A stretch of DNA of 64,000 nt from an uncultured Bacteroidaceae bacterium. Its GTDB lineage: Bacteria > Bacteroidota > Bacteroidia > Bacteroidales > GCA-2748055. This document shows, piece by piece, positions 38,038-47,760 of this stretch; the first letter of the stretch is position 1, and each line of letters starts with the position of its first letter. Position numbers and translations under genes: made by a program. The stretch spans positions 533-64,532 of the forward strand of contig CAZNFR010000006.1 of the NCBI GenBank assembly GCA_964572225.1, in the 5' to 3' direction. The notes beneath the pieces were generated by a model. The model saw only the letters and a list, made by a program, of their open reading frames with translations. It did no database searches and was not told where the DNA came from.

Positions 38038-39990
38038 ATGATCAAAATAACATTACCTGATAATTCGGTACGAGAGTATAATGCGGGAATAACCGGACAG
38101 GAAATTGCGGAAAGTATCAGCAGTGGCCTTGCAAAGCAGGTTTTGGCCATTAGCGTGAATGATGAAATATGGGACCTCTCCCGACCCATTCAACAAGACG
38201 CCAGAATTAAACTTCATAAATGGGAGGATCCAGAAGCCAGGCATGCCTTCTGGCATTCGTCTGCTCACCTGATGGCTGAAGCCATTGAATCACTTTATCC
38301 GGGAACCAAATTTGGGATCGGTCCGGCTATCGAAAACGGATTCTATTATGATGTGGATCCTGTAAACAATACCCAGATCTCGGATTCGGACCTGCCTGAG
38401 ATCGAGAATAAAATGAAAGAATTGGCCTCAAAAAAGGAACAATTCAGAAGAAGGGAGGTTAGCAAAAAAGAAGCCCTGGAATACTGGAGAAAAAAAGGAG
38501 ATGAATACAAGCTGGAACTAATCAACGATCTTGAGGACGGAACCATCAGTTTTTATGAACAAGGAGACTTTACAGATTTGTGCCGCGGTCCCCACTTACC
38601 CGAAACTTCCCCAATTAAGGCTATTAAACTCCTGAGTGTTGCAGGGGCTTACTGGAGGGGAGATGAAAAAAGGAAAATGCTGACCCGAATCTACGGGATC
38701 ACCTTCCCAAAGCAAAAACAGCTGGATGAATACCTTGAAATGCTTGAAAAGGCAAAAGAAAGGGACCATCGTAAAGTGGGGCGGGAACTTGAACTTTTTA
38801 CTTTTTCTCAACGGGTTGGAGCAGGTCTTCCCCTTTGGCTGCCCAAAGGGGCACAACTTAGAGAGAAACTCGAAAGTTTTCTCAAGAAGGTTCAGGTGGA
38901 GCACGGTTATCAACCCGTTATTACACCGCATATCGGACAGAAAGAACTGTGGGTTACTTCCGGACATTATGCAAAATACGGAAAGGATTCGTTTAAACCC
39001 ATAAGCACCCCACAGGAAGGAGAGGAATTTCTGTTAAAACCAATGAACTGTCCCCATCATTGTGAGATCTATCGAACCCATCAACATAGTTATAAAGACC
39101 TTCCCATCCGATATGCTGAATTTGGCACTGTCTACAGGTACGAACAAAGTGGTGAACTTCATGGGCTTACAAGGGTTAGAGGATTTACTCAGGATGATGC
39201 TCATATATTCTGCCGGCCCGACCAGCTAAAGGATGAATTTAAAAAGGTCATTGATATTATACTCTATATATTTAAAGCACTTGATTTTCAGGATTATACA
39301 GCTCAAATCTCCCTGAGGGACAAAAATGATCAGGAAAAATACATAGGTTCAGATGAGAATTGGGAGAAAGCAGAGCAAGCCATCATTGAGGCCTCGGAAG
39401 AAAAGGGTCTTTACACCACCATAGAGTGCGGTGAAGCCGCCTTCTACGGGCCAAAACTGGATTTTATGGTAAGGGACGCCATCGGAAGAAAATGGCAACT
39501 GGGAACCATTCAGGTTGATTATAATCTACCCGAACGATTCGATCTTGAATATGTGGGATCCGATAATGAAAAACACCGCCCCATCATGATTCACAGGGCT
39601 CCCTTTGGTTCCATGGAACGCTTTGTGGCCGTATTGATTGAACATACGGGTGGAAAATTTCCCCTGTGGCTTACCCCGGATCAGGCAGTAATTCTTCCTA
39701 TCAGTGAAAAATTTCAGGATTATGCGGAAAAAGTTTCAAATTTGCTAAATAATTACGATATTCGCACACTCATTGACGAGAGGAACGAAAAGATAGGTAA
39801 AAAGATAAGGGACAACGAGTTAAAGCGAATTCCATACCTTCTAATTGTAGGCGAAAAGGAGGAAAATTCCCAAACAGTTTCCGTTCGCAGGCAGGGAGAA
39901 GGGGATAAAGGCATTATGAGCATTGAAAATTTTGCTGAATTTATCCAGTCTGAAATTCGGGACCAGCTCGCTGCAATTGAGAAAAATTAA
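38038..39990 (+). CDS. thrS: Threonine--tRNA ligase
   Basis: TGS domain start ([14 protein letters not shown]), editing-domain HSSAHLMA, class II core ([24 protein letters not shown]) and the anticodon-binding tail. Confidence 0.95.
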   Translation: MIKITLPDNSVREYNAGITGQEIAESISSGLAKQVLAISVNDEIWDLSRPIQQDARIKLHKWEDPEARHAFWHSSAHLMAEAIESLYPGTKFGIGPAIENGFYYDVDPVNNTQISDSDLPEIENKMKELASKKEQFRRREVSKKEALEYWRKKGDEYKLELINDLEDGTISFYEQGDFTDLCRGPHLPETSPIKAIKLLSVAGAYWRGDEKRKMLTRIYGITFPKQKQLDEYLEMLEKAKERDHRKVGRELELFTFSQRVGAGLPLWLPKGAQLREKLESFLKKVQVEHGYQPVITPHIGQKELWVTSGHYAKYGKDSFKPISTPQEGEEFLLKPMNCPHHCEIYRTHQHSYKDLPIRYAEFGTVYRYEQSGELHGLTRVRGFTQDDAHIFCRPDQLKDEFKKVIDIILYIFKALDFQDYTAQISLRDKNDQEKYIGSDENWEKAEQAIIEASEEKGLYTTIECGEAAFYGPKLDFMVRDAIGRKWQLGTIQVDYNLPERFDLEYVGSDNEKHRPIMIHRAPFGSMERFVAVLIEHTGGKFPLWLTPDQAVILPISEKFQDYAEKVSNLLNNYDIRTLIDERNEKIGKKIRDNELKRIPYLLIVGEKEENSQTVSVRRQGEGDKGIMSIENFAEFIQSEIRDQLAAIEKN

Positions 39991-40005
39991 GTTGAACCAA
40001 AAGAA

Positions 40006-40011
40006 AGGAGG
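40006..40011 (+). promoter_or_regulatory. Shine-Dalgarno-like AGGAGG upstream of the inferred non-AUG infC start
   Basis: AGGAGG lies 8 nt before ATA 40020. Such strong SD matches are not seen ahead of the other genes I inspected in this window. Confidence 0.5.
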
Positions 40012-40019
40012 AACGAGCT

Positions 40020-40586
40020 ATAGCCGGACCTGCATTTAGAAAGTACGGGCGTAGACCGCCAAGAAAAGAAACCAGACCTCATCGCATCAACAGAGAAATC
40101 AGAACAGATGCGATCAGACTGGTAGGAGATAACATTGACAATCCGGGAATTTTTGCGGTTCCCGAGGCATTGAAACTTGCTGAAGCACTGGAACTCGATC
40201 TGGTTGAGATCTCTCCCAATGCAGACCCACCTGTCTGCAAGATCATTGACTACCAAAAGTTCCTTTATCAGCAAAAAAAGAAGCAAAAGGAAATGAAAGC
40301 CAAAGCGGTAAAGGTGGTAGTCAAGGAAATAAGGTTTGGTCCCAATACGGATGAACATGATTATAACTTTAAGCTAAAACATGCTCATAAATTCCTTCAG
40401 GACGGTGCCAAATTAAAAGCTTTCGTATTCTTTAAGGGCCGTTCTATTTTATACAAGGAAAAAGGAGAAATTCTTCTGTTGCGTCTTGCTCAGGACCTTG
40501 AAGAACACGGCAAAGTAGAGCAGCTCCCTAAACTTGAAGGTAAACGGATGATCATGTTAATGTCACCCAAAAACGCGAAAAAGTAA
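40020..40586 (+). CDS. infC: Translation initiation factor IF-3 (non-canonical start codon inferred)
   Basis: The frame is open from 39996. Conserved IF-3 N-domain residues ([19 protein letters not shown]...[25 protein letters not shown]) lie upstream of the first canonical start, TTG 40170, which the ORF track uses. There is no ATG/GTG/TTG in frame between 39996 and 40169. ATA 40020 follows the SD-like AGGAGG. Confidence 0.8.
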   Translation: MAGPAFRKYGRRPPRKETRPHRINREIRTDAIRLVGDNIDNPGIFAVPEALKLAEALELDLVEISPNADPPVCKIIDYQKFLYQQKKKQKEMKAKAVKVVVKEIRFGPNTDEHDYNFKLKHAHKFLQDGAKLKAFVFFKGRSILYKEKGEILLLRLAQDLEEHGKVEQLPKLEGKRMIMLMSPKNAKK

Positions 40587-40611
40587 AGTAAATCATAAAA
40601 AGCAAAAGATA

Positions 40612-40809
40612 ATGCCGAAAATGAAGACGAATCCCGGAGCGAAAAAACGCTTCACGCTTACCGGATCCGGGAAGATTAAAAGAAAACACGCCTATAAAAG
40701 TCATATTCTGACTAAAAAGGAAAAAAAGAGAAAGAGAAATCTTGGATATTTTGACACTGTCGATAAATCCGACGAGAAAAATATAAAGCTCTTACTCTCC
40801 ATGAAGTAA
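40612..40809 (+). CDS. rpmI: 50S ribosomal protein L35
   Basis: [34 protein letters not shown] is the classic L35 sequence. Confidence 0.95.
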   Translation: MPKMKTNPGAKKRFTLTGSGKIKRKHAYKSHILTKKEKKRKRNLGYFDTVDKSDEKNIKLLLSMK

Positions 40810-40895
40810 TGTTAGTTTTATCAGTTGTTTAACCAGAATGCATTGGCAATAAGAGTCCCTTCAGCGGAACGCCTGCATTCAAAAAACGAGAAAAA

Positions 40896-41243
40896 ATGCC
40901 CAGATCAACAAATGCTCCTGCTGCAAAACAGCGGAAGAAAAAGGTTTACAAGCAAGTAAAGGGCCAGTTCGGGAGAAGAAAAAACGTCTGGACTGTCGCA
41001 AAAAATGCCCTTGAAAAAGGACTTCAATATTCCTACCGTGACAGAAGAACCAAAAAAAGGAATTTCAGAGCTCTGTGGATTCAAAGAATCAATGCCGGAG
41101 TAAGGGAACACGGTTTATCCTATTCAGAATTTATGGGATTGCTGCACAAACATAATATCGAAATAAATCGAAAAACCCTTGCAGACCTTGCGATGAATGA
41201 CCCAAAAGCCTTTGAGGCAATTGTAAATAAGGTGAAAAAATAA
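40896..41243 (+). CDS. rplT: 50S ribosomal protein L20
   Basis: [17 protein letters not shown]...[21 protein letters not shown] is the classic L20 sequence. Confidence 0.95.
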   Translation: MPRSTNAPAAKQRKKKVYKQVKGQFGRRKNVWTVAKNALEKGLQYSYRDRRTKKRNFRALWIQRINAGVREHGLSYSEFMGLLHKHNIEINRKTLADLAMNDPKAFEAIVNKVKK

Positions 41244-41260
41244 ACATTCCTCAAGCCATA

Positions 41261-41291
41261 AAAGCTGTTCGGACCGAACAGCTTTTTTTTT
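41261..41291 (+). terminator. Rho-independent terminator of the thrS-infC-rpmI-rplT operon
   Basis: Stem AAGCTGTTC / GAACAGCTT with loop GGACC, followed by a 9-T run (41283-41291). Confidence 0.75.
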
Positions 41292-41395
41292 GCTCTCATT
41301 AATAAATCAGGTCATTGGCGTTAAATGGGCTTTAATTGTTAATTTAGCGGAACCGTTAGATCGGTAAAATCCTTATTAATCCAAAAAACACTTCA

Positions 41396-42109
41396 ATGAA
41401 ACTGGCAATTATCGGATATGGAAAAATGGGCAGGGAAATTGAAAAATTAGCCTGGGATAAAAAGCATAGCATTGAATTGATCATCGATGTGGAAAATAAC
41501 TATGATCTCACCGCTGAGAAACTGGCAAGGGCAGATGTAGCCATAGAGTTTACCACACCTGGATCGGTCATTTCCAATCTTTATGCTTGTTTTGAATCCG
41601 GGATACCCGTTGTTACTGGTACAACTGGATGGCACAATCAACGAGAGGAAGTCTACCGGAAATGTAAATCCCTGAATGCTACCCTTTTTCATGCATCCAA
41701 CTTCAGTATAGGAGTTAATCTTTTTTTTGAGATAAATAAAATTGCTGCCGGAATTCTGGACAATTTCGATCAATATCAGGTTTCCATAAGCGAAACCCAT
41801 CATACACGCAAACTGGATGCTCCCAGTGGCACTGCAGTTAGCCTGGCGGAGATCCTTACAGAGAAGCTGGGTAACATAAAAGGCTGGAAACTGGACTCCC
41901 CGGGAGAAAATGAGATAGGCATCAATTCGATCAGGGAGGGTGATGTTACGGGCATCCACACCGTAAAATATGAGTCGAACGAGGATTTTATCGAACTAAG
42001 GCATTTTGCAAAATCAAGAATCGGATTTGCCTCAGGGGCAATCGCTGCTGCAGAGTTTATTGTCAATAAAAAAGGTATATTTACCATGAGCGATCTGCTC
42101 GGATTATAA
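41396..42109 (+). CDS. dapB: 4-hydroxy-tetrahydrodipicolinate reductase
   Basis: MKLAIIGYGKMGREI (NAD-binding), FSIGVNLF and ETHHTRKLDAPSGTA (the E-x-HH-x-K-x-DAPSGTA signature). Confidence 0.9.
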   Translation: MKLAIIGYGKMGREIEKLAWDKKHSIELIIDVENNYDLTAEKLARADVAIEFTTPGSVISNLYACFESGIPVVTGTTGWHNQREEVYRKCKSLNATLFHASNFSIGVNLFFEINKIAAGILDNFDQYQVSISETHHTRKLDAPSGTAVSLAEILTEKLGNIKGWKLDSPGENEIGINSIREGDVTGIHTVKYESNEDFIELRHFAKSRIGFASGAIAAAEFIVNKKGIFTMSDLLGL

Positions 42110-42112
42110 GCC

Positions 42113-43444
42113 ATGGGCAAAAAATTTTCAGTAAGAAACATAGTATATTTTTCCGTCTGGATGTTGTTTATTTTACTTTTTACCATCTGGACAGGATTCT
42201 GGTTGTTGCTGATTGTTTCTCTCCTGCCAGCTGATTATTTTCTTTTCGGATTTATTCCCTATAAAAAAATTTCAGAAAGTCTAAAACCTCCTCATCAGCT
42301 TCAGGCACTCTTCGAATGGCTGAAAGTCATACTTTTTGCACTCCTGATTACTGTATTTATAAAGACTTTCTTTGTTGAGGCATACAAGATCCCAACCCCT
42401 TCCATGGAAAAGACTCTACTTGTGGGTGATTATCTGTTTGTTAGCAAAATTCGCTATGGGCCAAAAATCCCCAATACACCCTTGTCGGTACCCTTTATGC
42501 CGAATATGCTTCCTGGAGGAAAGGTCAGTTATTCCGATAAAATTCAGCTTCCCTATAAACGTTTGCAAGGATTAGCAAAAGTAAACAGGAATGACATTAT
42601 TGTTTTCAATTTCCCTGAGGGAGATACCGTTGTGGTTCAATACCCCGGACAGAGCTATTATTATTTGTTAAGAAGATATGGAAGAGATTACATAAGATCT
42701 CGGTACGACCTGGTTGTTCATCCGGTCGATAAAAGGGAGAATTATATTAAAAGATGTACAGGGCTACCCCGAGATACCCTTAGAATACACGCCGGTAAGG
42801 TATATATCAACGATCAGGCATTACCTGAACTGCCTACTCAGCAGTTCAAGTATTACGTCAGAACACAGAAACACAGACTGCCAGATTCCGTAATGAATCA
42901 ACTTGGAGTTGATTTGTCGGAGGTCAATTATAATCCAAAATCTTCCCTTCATGTTATGCCTCTCAGCAACGCGGACTTGACTATACTTACCGGGCTTCCT
43001 CAAATTAAAAGCATTCAGCGTTATAAAGAGCCTCTTATTTCATTCAGAAATACTGAAGTCTTTCCTCACTCTGCTGCATTTCGTTGGACAGCCGATGAGT
43101 TTGGTCCGCTGATTATCCCCGGAAAAGGCCTTGAAATAGACCTGAATATTACGAATATTTCCTTATATCGAAGGATCATTGAAGTATATGAAAAAAATAA
43201 ACTTGAAGTAATTAACAATCGAATATATATAAACGATCAACCGGTTCGTTCTTATACTTTCAAGATGGATTATTATTTCGTGTTGGGTGATAACTGGCAT
43301 AACTCTGCCGATTCCAGGTTCTGGGGGTTCGTACCTGAAAACCATCTTGTGGGTAAAGCAATAGCCATATGGTATTCGAAAGAAACAACTAAGGGATTCC
43401 TCAAAGGGATCCGATTTAACAGAATGTTCAAATCCATTAAATAA
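42113..43444 (+). CDS. lepB: Signal peptidase I (long Bacteroidota form), paralog 1
   Basis: S26 motifs: IPTPSMEKTLLVGDYLFVSK (Ser), YIKRCTGLPRD (Lys) and GDNWHNSADSRFWGFVPENHLVGKA. Confidence 0.85.
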   Translation: MGKKFSVRNIVYFSVWMLFILLFTIWTGFWLLLIVSLLPADYFLFGFIPYKKISESLKPPHQLQALFEWLKVILFALLITVFIKTFFVEAYKIPTPSMEKTLLVGDYLFVSKIRYGPKIPNTPLSVPFMPNMLPGGKVSYSDKIQLPYKRLQGLAKVNRNDIIVFNFPEGDTVVVQYPGQSYYYLLRRYGRDYIRSRYDLVVHPVDKRENYIKRCTGLPRDTLRIHAGKVYINDQALPELPTQQFKYYVRTQKHRLPDSVMNQLGVDLSEVNYNPKSSLHVMPLSNADLTILTGLPQIKSIQRYKEPLISFRNTEVFPHSAAFRWTADEFGPLIIPGKGLEIDLNITNISLYRRIIEVYEKNKLEVINNRIYINDQPVRSYTFKMDYYFVLGDNWHNSADSRFWGFVPENHLVGKAIAIWYSKETTKGFLKGIRFNRMFKSIK

Positions 43445-43450
43445 CAAATC

Positions 43451-44839
43451 ATGTTTACCATTTTAAAGAACAAATATTTTCGATTTGGTCTTGTCACCAC
43501 ACTTTACATCCTGTTCATCATCTGGCTCAGGAATTACTGGTTCCTCCTTGGAATTCCCGTTATTTATGACATGTATGTAAGCAAGAAAGTAAACTGGACT
43601 TTCTGGAAAAAGCGCACCGGAAAAAATTCTGCTCTGGTAGAGTGGCTTGATGCGCTCATCTTTGCTGTTATTGCTGTAACATTGATCAATATCTATCTTT
43701 TCCAAAACTATAAGATCCCTACTCCTTCCATGGAATCAACCATGCTTGTAGGGGATCATCTTTATGTTTCAAAAGTGGCTTATGGTCCGCGTGCCCCGAT
43801 AACTCCACTGGCCTTTCCTTTTGCACAAAACAGGATCAGAAATACGGAAGCATACCTTAAATGGATTCAACTGGATTATAAAAGGTTAAAAGGATTTGGC
43901 AAAGTAAAAAGAAACGATATTGTAGTTTTTAATTTTCCTGCTGGTGATACAGTGGCTGTCGAAAACAGTGCAGTGAGTTTTTATTCCATCGTAAGGGGAA
44001 ATGCCATGGAGCAAAGAAACAAAGATATCAGTGAAGGAAGAGAGGTTAAAAGTATGGAAGCCTACATCAAAGAAGCTAATGAAAGGGTGCGCATGGCTGC
44101 TACTATTGTGGAAAGACCTGTTGATCGCAGAGATAACTATATTAAACGCTGTGTTGCAATACCCGGCGACAGTCTTGAAATAATCCATGGTAAAGTGTTT
44201 ATAAACGGGCAACCTCAGCCCGATTTTGCAGGAATTCAATATGATTACCTCATTCAAACCAATGGTACTCCATTGAATCCCAGAGCACTAGAGGAATACG
44301 ACATCCCCCCTTCCTTTCTGGGAATCCAGAATAACCCAAGATACATTATTCCGTTGACCAGGGAAAAGGCTCAGCAACTTGAACAAGATATCCCTGATAT
44401 TATAAAAGTGGAAAAAAGGGAAAGGCAAGGCTATAATTATCTTCTATTCCCTCACAACAGCCTGTATGCATGGAACGAAGATAATTTTGGCCCGATATGG
44501 ATTCCTAAAAAAGGAGAAACCGTTGATCTGACCCTGGATAACCTTCCATTCTATCAACGAATTATTGAAGCCTATGAGAACAATACTCTTCGAACGGAAA
44601 ATGGCAAAATTTACATTAATGGTATGGAAACTGAACAGTATACCTTTTCGATGGACTATTACTGGATGATGGGTGATAACCGTCATAGCTCCTCGGACTC
44701 CCGGTATTGGGGATATGTACCTGAAAACCATATTATCGGAAAGCCAAAATTTATCTGGCTCTCACTAAATGAAAATAAAAAGTTCCTGGGTAAAATAAGG
44801 TTTAACCGTTTGTTCAAGGTTGTGGATGCCTCTGAATAA
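43451..44839 (+). CDS. lepB: Signal peptidase I (long Bacteroidota form), paralog 2
   Basis: S26 motifs: IPTPSMESTMLVGDHLYVSK, YIKRCVAIPGD and GDNRHSSSDSRYWGYVPENHIIGKP. It begins 7 nt after paralog 1. Confidence 0.85.
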   Translation: MFTILKNKYFRFGLVTTLYILFIIWLRNYWFLLGIPVIYDMYVSKKVNWTFWKKRTGKNSALVEWLDALIFAVIAVTLINIYLFQNYKIPTPSMESTMLVGDHLYVSKVAYGPRAPITPLAFPFAQNRIRNTEAYLKWIQLDYKRLKGFGKVKRNDIVVFNFPAGDTVAVENSAVSFYSIVRGNAMEQRNKDISEGREVKSMEAYIKEANERVRMAATIVERPVDRRDNYIKRCVAIPGDSLEIIHGKVFINGQPQPDFAGIQYDYLIQTNGTPLNPRALEEYDIPPSFLGIQNNPRYIIPLTREKAQQLEQDIPDIIKVEKRERQGYNYLLFPHNSLYAWNEDNFGPIWIPKKGETVDLTLDNLPFYQRIIEAYENNTLRTENGKIYINGMETEQYTFSMDYYWMMGDNRHSSSDSRYWGYVPENHIIGKPKFIWLSLNENKKFLGKIRFNRLFKVVDASE

Positions 44840-44841
44840 AT

Positions 44842-46425
44842 TCAGAATGGAAAATCCTCTTCAGCAGAAGGGGCTTCAAGCTTTTCACTTTCAGGTTTTT
44901 CTGCGGTTAAGTGTATGGGGTTTCCGTCAACAAAAATGGCCTTGTAAGGAATTACAGGGCATGCATATTCACAAGCACCACAGCCCACGCAAATAGCATT
45001 GTCAGTTTCAGGGATGGTCAGAGATCCTTTATAGGGGATCATTCGCACTGCCTGTGTCGGACAATGCTCTGAACAGGATCCGCAGGCGGTATTTTCTGTG
45101 TAAACTACGCAGTTTTCTTTGATAAACTGCACTTTGCCGATTTGCAATGTTTTTTTATTTTCCGCTGTAAGGGGAAGAATAGCTCCGGTTGGACAAACAT
45201 CCCCACATCTTACACATTCATAATTACAATAATTACTGTAATAATCCATGTGAGGTTGCATATATCCTTCCCATCCAAATTGTGTGAAAGAGGGTTGAAG
45301 AACTCCGGTAGGACACTGACTTACACATAATTGACAGGCTGTGCATATGCGCGTAAAGTGTCTTATGCTCAGTGATCCCGGTGGTGAAACAGCAAAATGC
45401 TTTTCTTCCGGGATGGTAGTCGGGTTTTTGTTCAAAGGACCTTCATTTTGGGAATAGGCTTTTCTAAATCCCTGAAATCCAATAATGGTCAGGATACCCC
45501 CCGTTACTTTTAAAAAAAAATCCTTTCTGCCCCTTGCTGTGGAATTGTCTGAATTTGAAACTCTGACAACTTTAGGTTTCAAATTATAATCTATCGCCGA
45601 ATCCTCACAGACCGGCAGGCAATTGTAGCAACTTACGCAACGGGAATGATCAACCTCCATAGTTTTTATATCTATGCATTGCGCCTTACATGCGAAAGAA
45701 CACTTGCCACATTGGGTACAGTTATTCTTTTTAATATTGACTTTCACCAGGGAATATCTGGAAATCCAACCAAGTAAAGTTCCTACCGGACAAATTGTAT
45801 TGCAATAAAGACGTCCGGACCGACCGGCTAAAATCAATATTATTACAAACATAAGGAAAGGAAAAGCAAAGGTTGCCATATGAAAAGGATGCTGATCCTT
45901 AAGGAAAAGAAAAAACACATTCATACTTTCCAGCATGCTGGCTACGCCATTGTTGATCCAAATACCCACAGGTCGGAAAATTGCAGCGGCCGTTTTTCCA
46001 TACAAACTGTAGGGATCGAGAAGATTCACCAGGATAATTGAAAGGAAGGCAGCACTGATTATGGTTACAACCAGAATACTGTTTCTCAGGAAATTTTGAG
46101 GCTTCCTATAGCGGAAACGCTTCCTTTTTTTGAAAAATAATCCAAGCCTGTTACTAAAATCCTGCAGAATGCCCAGCGGACAAATAACTGAACAGTATAC
46201 CCTTCCGAATAAAGCCGTAAGTAAAATGATAATAAGGAAACCTGCAGCAGAAAGAGAAAATACCGTTATAAATTTTAGTACAGAGGGAACAAATTGTAGA
46301 AATAAGATTTGGTTAACCCGGTTTTCACCAAATAAGTCCCTGAAATCAAGAAAAACAAGGGTGGTTAATACGAAAAATACTAGGGCAAAAAATACCCTGG
46401 TCCATTTAAGCCTTTTAAAATTCAT
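44842..46425 (-). CDS. Membrane-bound polyferredoxin (NapH/NosR-like 4Fe-4S protein)
   Basis: N-terminal TM helices with the paired CxxCP motifs of NapH-like proteins (VYCSVICPLG, LYCNTICPVG). Six ferredoxin-type Cys clusters follow (CTQCGKCSFAC, CVSCYNCLPVC, CTACQLCVSQCP, CVRCGDVCP, CGSCSEHCP, CVGCGACEYACP). Confidence 0.8.
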   Translation of the reverse strand: MNFKRLKWTRVFFALVFFVLTTLVFLDFRDLFGENRVNQILFLQFVPSVLKFITVFSLSAAGFLIIILLTALFGRVYCSVICPLGILQDFSNRLGLFFKKRKRFRYRKPQNFLRNSILVVTIISAAFLSIILVNLLDPYSLYGKTAAAIFRPVGIWINNGVASMLESMNVFFLFLKDQHPFHMATFAFPFLMFVIILILAGRSGRLYCNTICPVGTLLGWISRYSLVKVNIKKNNCTQCGKCSFACKAQCIDIKTMEVDHSRCVSCYNCLPVCEDSAIDYNLKPKVVRVSNSDNSTARGRKDFFLKVTGGILTIIGFQGFRKAYSQNEGPLNKNPTTIPEEKHFAVSPPGSLSIRHFTRICTACQLCVSQCPTGVLQPSFTQFGWEGYMQPHMDYYSNYCNYECVRCGDVCPTGAILPLTAENKKTLQIGKVQFIKENCVVYTENTACGSCSEHCPTQAVRMIPYKGSLTIPETDNAICVGCGACEYACPVIPYKAIFVDGNPIHLTAEKPESEKLEAPSAEEDFPF

Positions 46426-46467
46426 AATTCTTTTTCTTGTGGAACGGAAGGGCAGAAAGGATTATCC

Positions 46468-47379
46468 TCATACCTTGATCCTCTTAATATTCAATGAATC
46501 GAGATTGGTAGTTCCCACACCGGCTTTTTCAGCTAACTCGATATAATCTACCTCAGCAGGGTCTTTCCCAAATAATTTGCATGCGGCAAAATCGAGTGCT
46601 ACCATATCCTTACCAATCAGCTGAGCCTGCATTTTTACCACATCATCTTCACTCACTCCCCTGGGGCCATTTCTTTTCATAACCCTGTAAGCATCCACAA
46701 TGGTAAGATCCGGATTTCGCCATGTTGCAAAATCAGCAATACATTGATGCAGGTCGTTTCGGTGCCAGAACCTCCGGTCCCATACAGCCCCCATTAGGTT
46801 TTTCATGGCAATGGTCATATTTGCACCTCCATGGTTTTTAAGTACCGGAACATTAATAAATACATCCGATTCCAGAATGAGCTCATGCACACTGGCGGAA
46901 GTGAGTACCTTCCCTTTTGAGACAGATACTTCCTGGTAATACTTTTCAGTGTTTCCCATTACCATCTTACCCCCTGCATCCTTAACAGCCGCCTCAATTG
47001 CGGAATTTTTATAACACATAGACCATTCATTACAGGTATGATCAAAAACATACACATCCTTCGCTCCGGCGCTCAAACAGTGCTGGACAATCCGTTTGAC
47101 AAGTTCCGGGTTGGTATTTGCAGCACGTTCAGGACTTGCATCCCATCCAATATTGGGTTTGATCACCACCGTCTGGCCTTTTTTTACGACTCTTCCTATT
47201 CCTCCGTACTCTTCTATCGCTCTGTCGAACATTGAGTCGGCTACTCCCCCGCGGATGGCAACCATGTCCACCTCCCCTGCATTTGCAGAAGCACTGAGTC
47301 TGCCAGGTTTTAAAGTAAACGCAGTTCCTGCAACAAATCCGACGGTTATTCCTCGTTTCAAAAAGTCTCTTCTTTTCAT
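46468..47379 (-). CDS. Tat-exported DUF362-domain protein
   Basis: Twin-arginine signal MKRRDFLKRG...ASA. The body resembles the DUF362 family (VVIKPNIGW, VPVLKNHGGANMT). Lies directly upstream of the polyferredoxin gene on the same strand. Confidence 0.7.
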   Translation of the reverse strand: MKRRDFLKRGITVGFVAGTAFTLKPGRLSASANAGEVDMVAIRGGVADSMFDRAIEEYGGIGRVVKKGQTVVIKPNIGWDASPERAANTNPELVKRIVQHCLSAGAKDVYVFDHTCNEWSMCYKNSAIEAAVKDAGGKMVMGNTEKYYQEVSVSKGKVLTSASVHELILESDVFINVPVLKNHGGANMTIAMKNLMGAVWDRRFWHRNDLHQCIADFATWRNPDLTIVDAYRVMKRNGPRGVSEDDVVKMQAQLIGKDMVALDFAACKLFGKDPAEVDYIELAEKAGVGTTNLDSLNIKRIKV

Positions 47380-47760
47380 GGCTGTAAGCTGTTAAAATTT
47401 AAATTTTGGATTGAAAGAAATATTACTCCTTGGGAGCGATTTTCATTCCCTGCAAAAAATCAATCAATTCCAACTATTATAAGCATTTCTGACTGCCGCC
47501 TCTCTACCACAAATCTAAAGTATTTATAAAATGTTCATGAAGATTTCCAGGGTAATATCCACCTAAAAGACTAATATTTAACTGGTCTTAATAAAGGCGA
47601 TGATCCTTTCTTTTTAGGGGTAACTGGAAGATAAGATCCTACTGATTTTTTAGAACAACATAGGTATTCCAAGGTTTTTACCTGGGTAAATATCCAATAT
47701 TTATAATGGCTTCAAAGTTTAATTCTTCACAATCCGAGAAGGGAGTTTATCTTTGTACCC

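Noticed and set aside
40170-40586. TTG 40170 as the infC start, as in the ORF track
   Set aside because: It would delete about 50 residues of conserved IF-3 N-terminal domain that are encoded in frame upstream.
40810-40895. 7-bp inverted repeat (GAATGCA ... TGCATTC) between rpmI and rplT, considered as an L20 autoregulatory structure
   Set aside because: The stem is short with a ~31-nt loop, and it bears no resemblance that I can verify to known L20 leader pseudoknots, which sit upstream of infC or rpmI. The evidence is insufficient.
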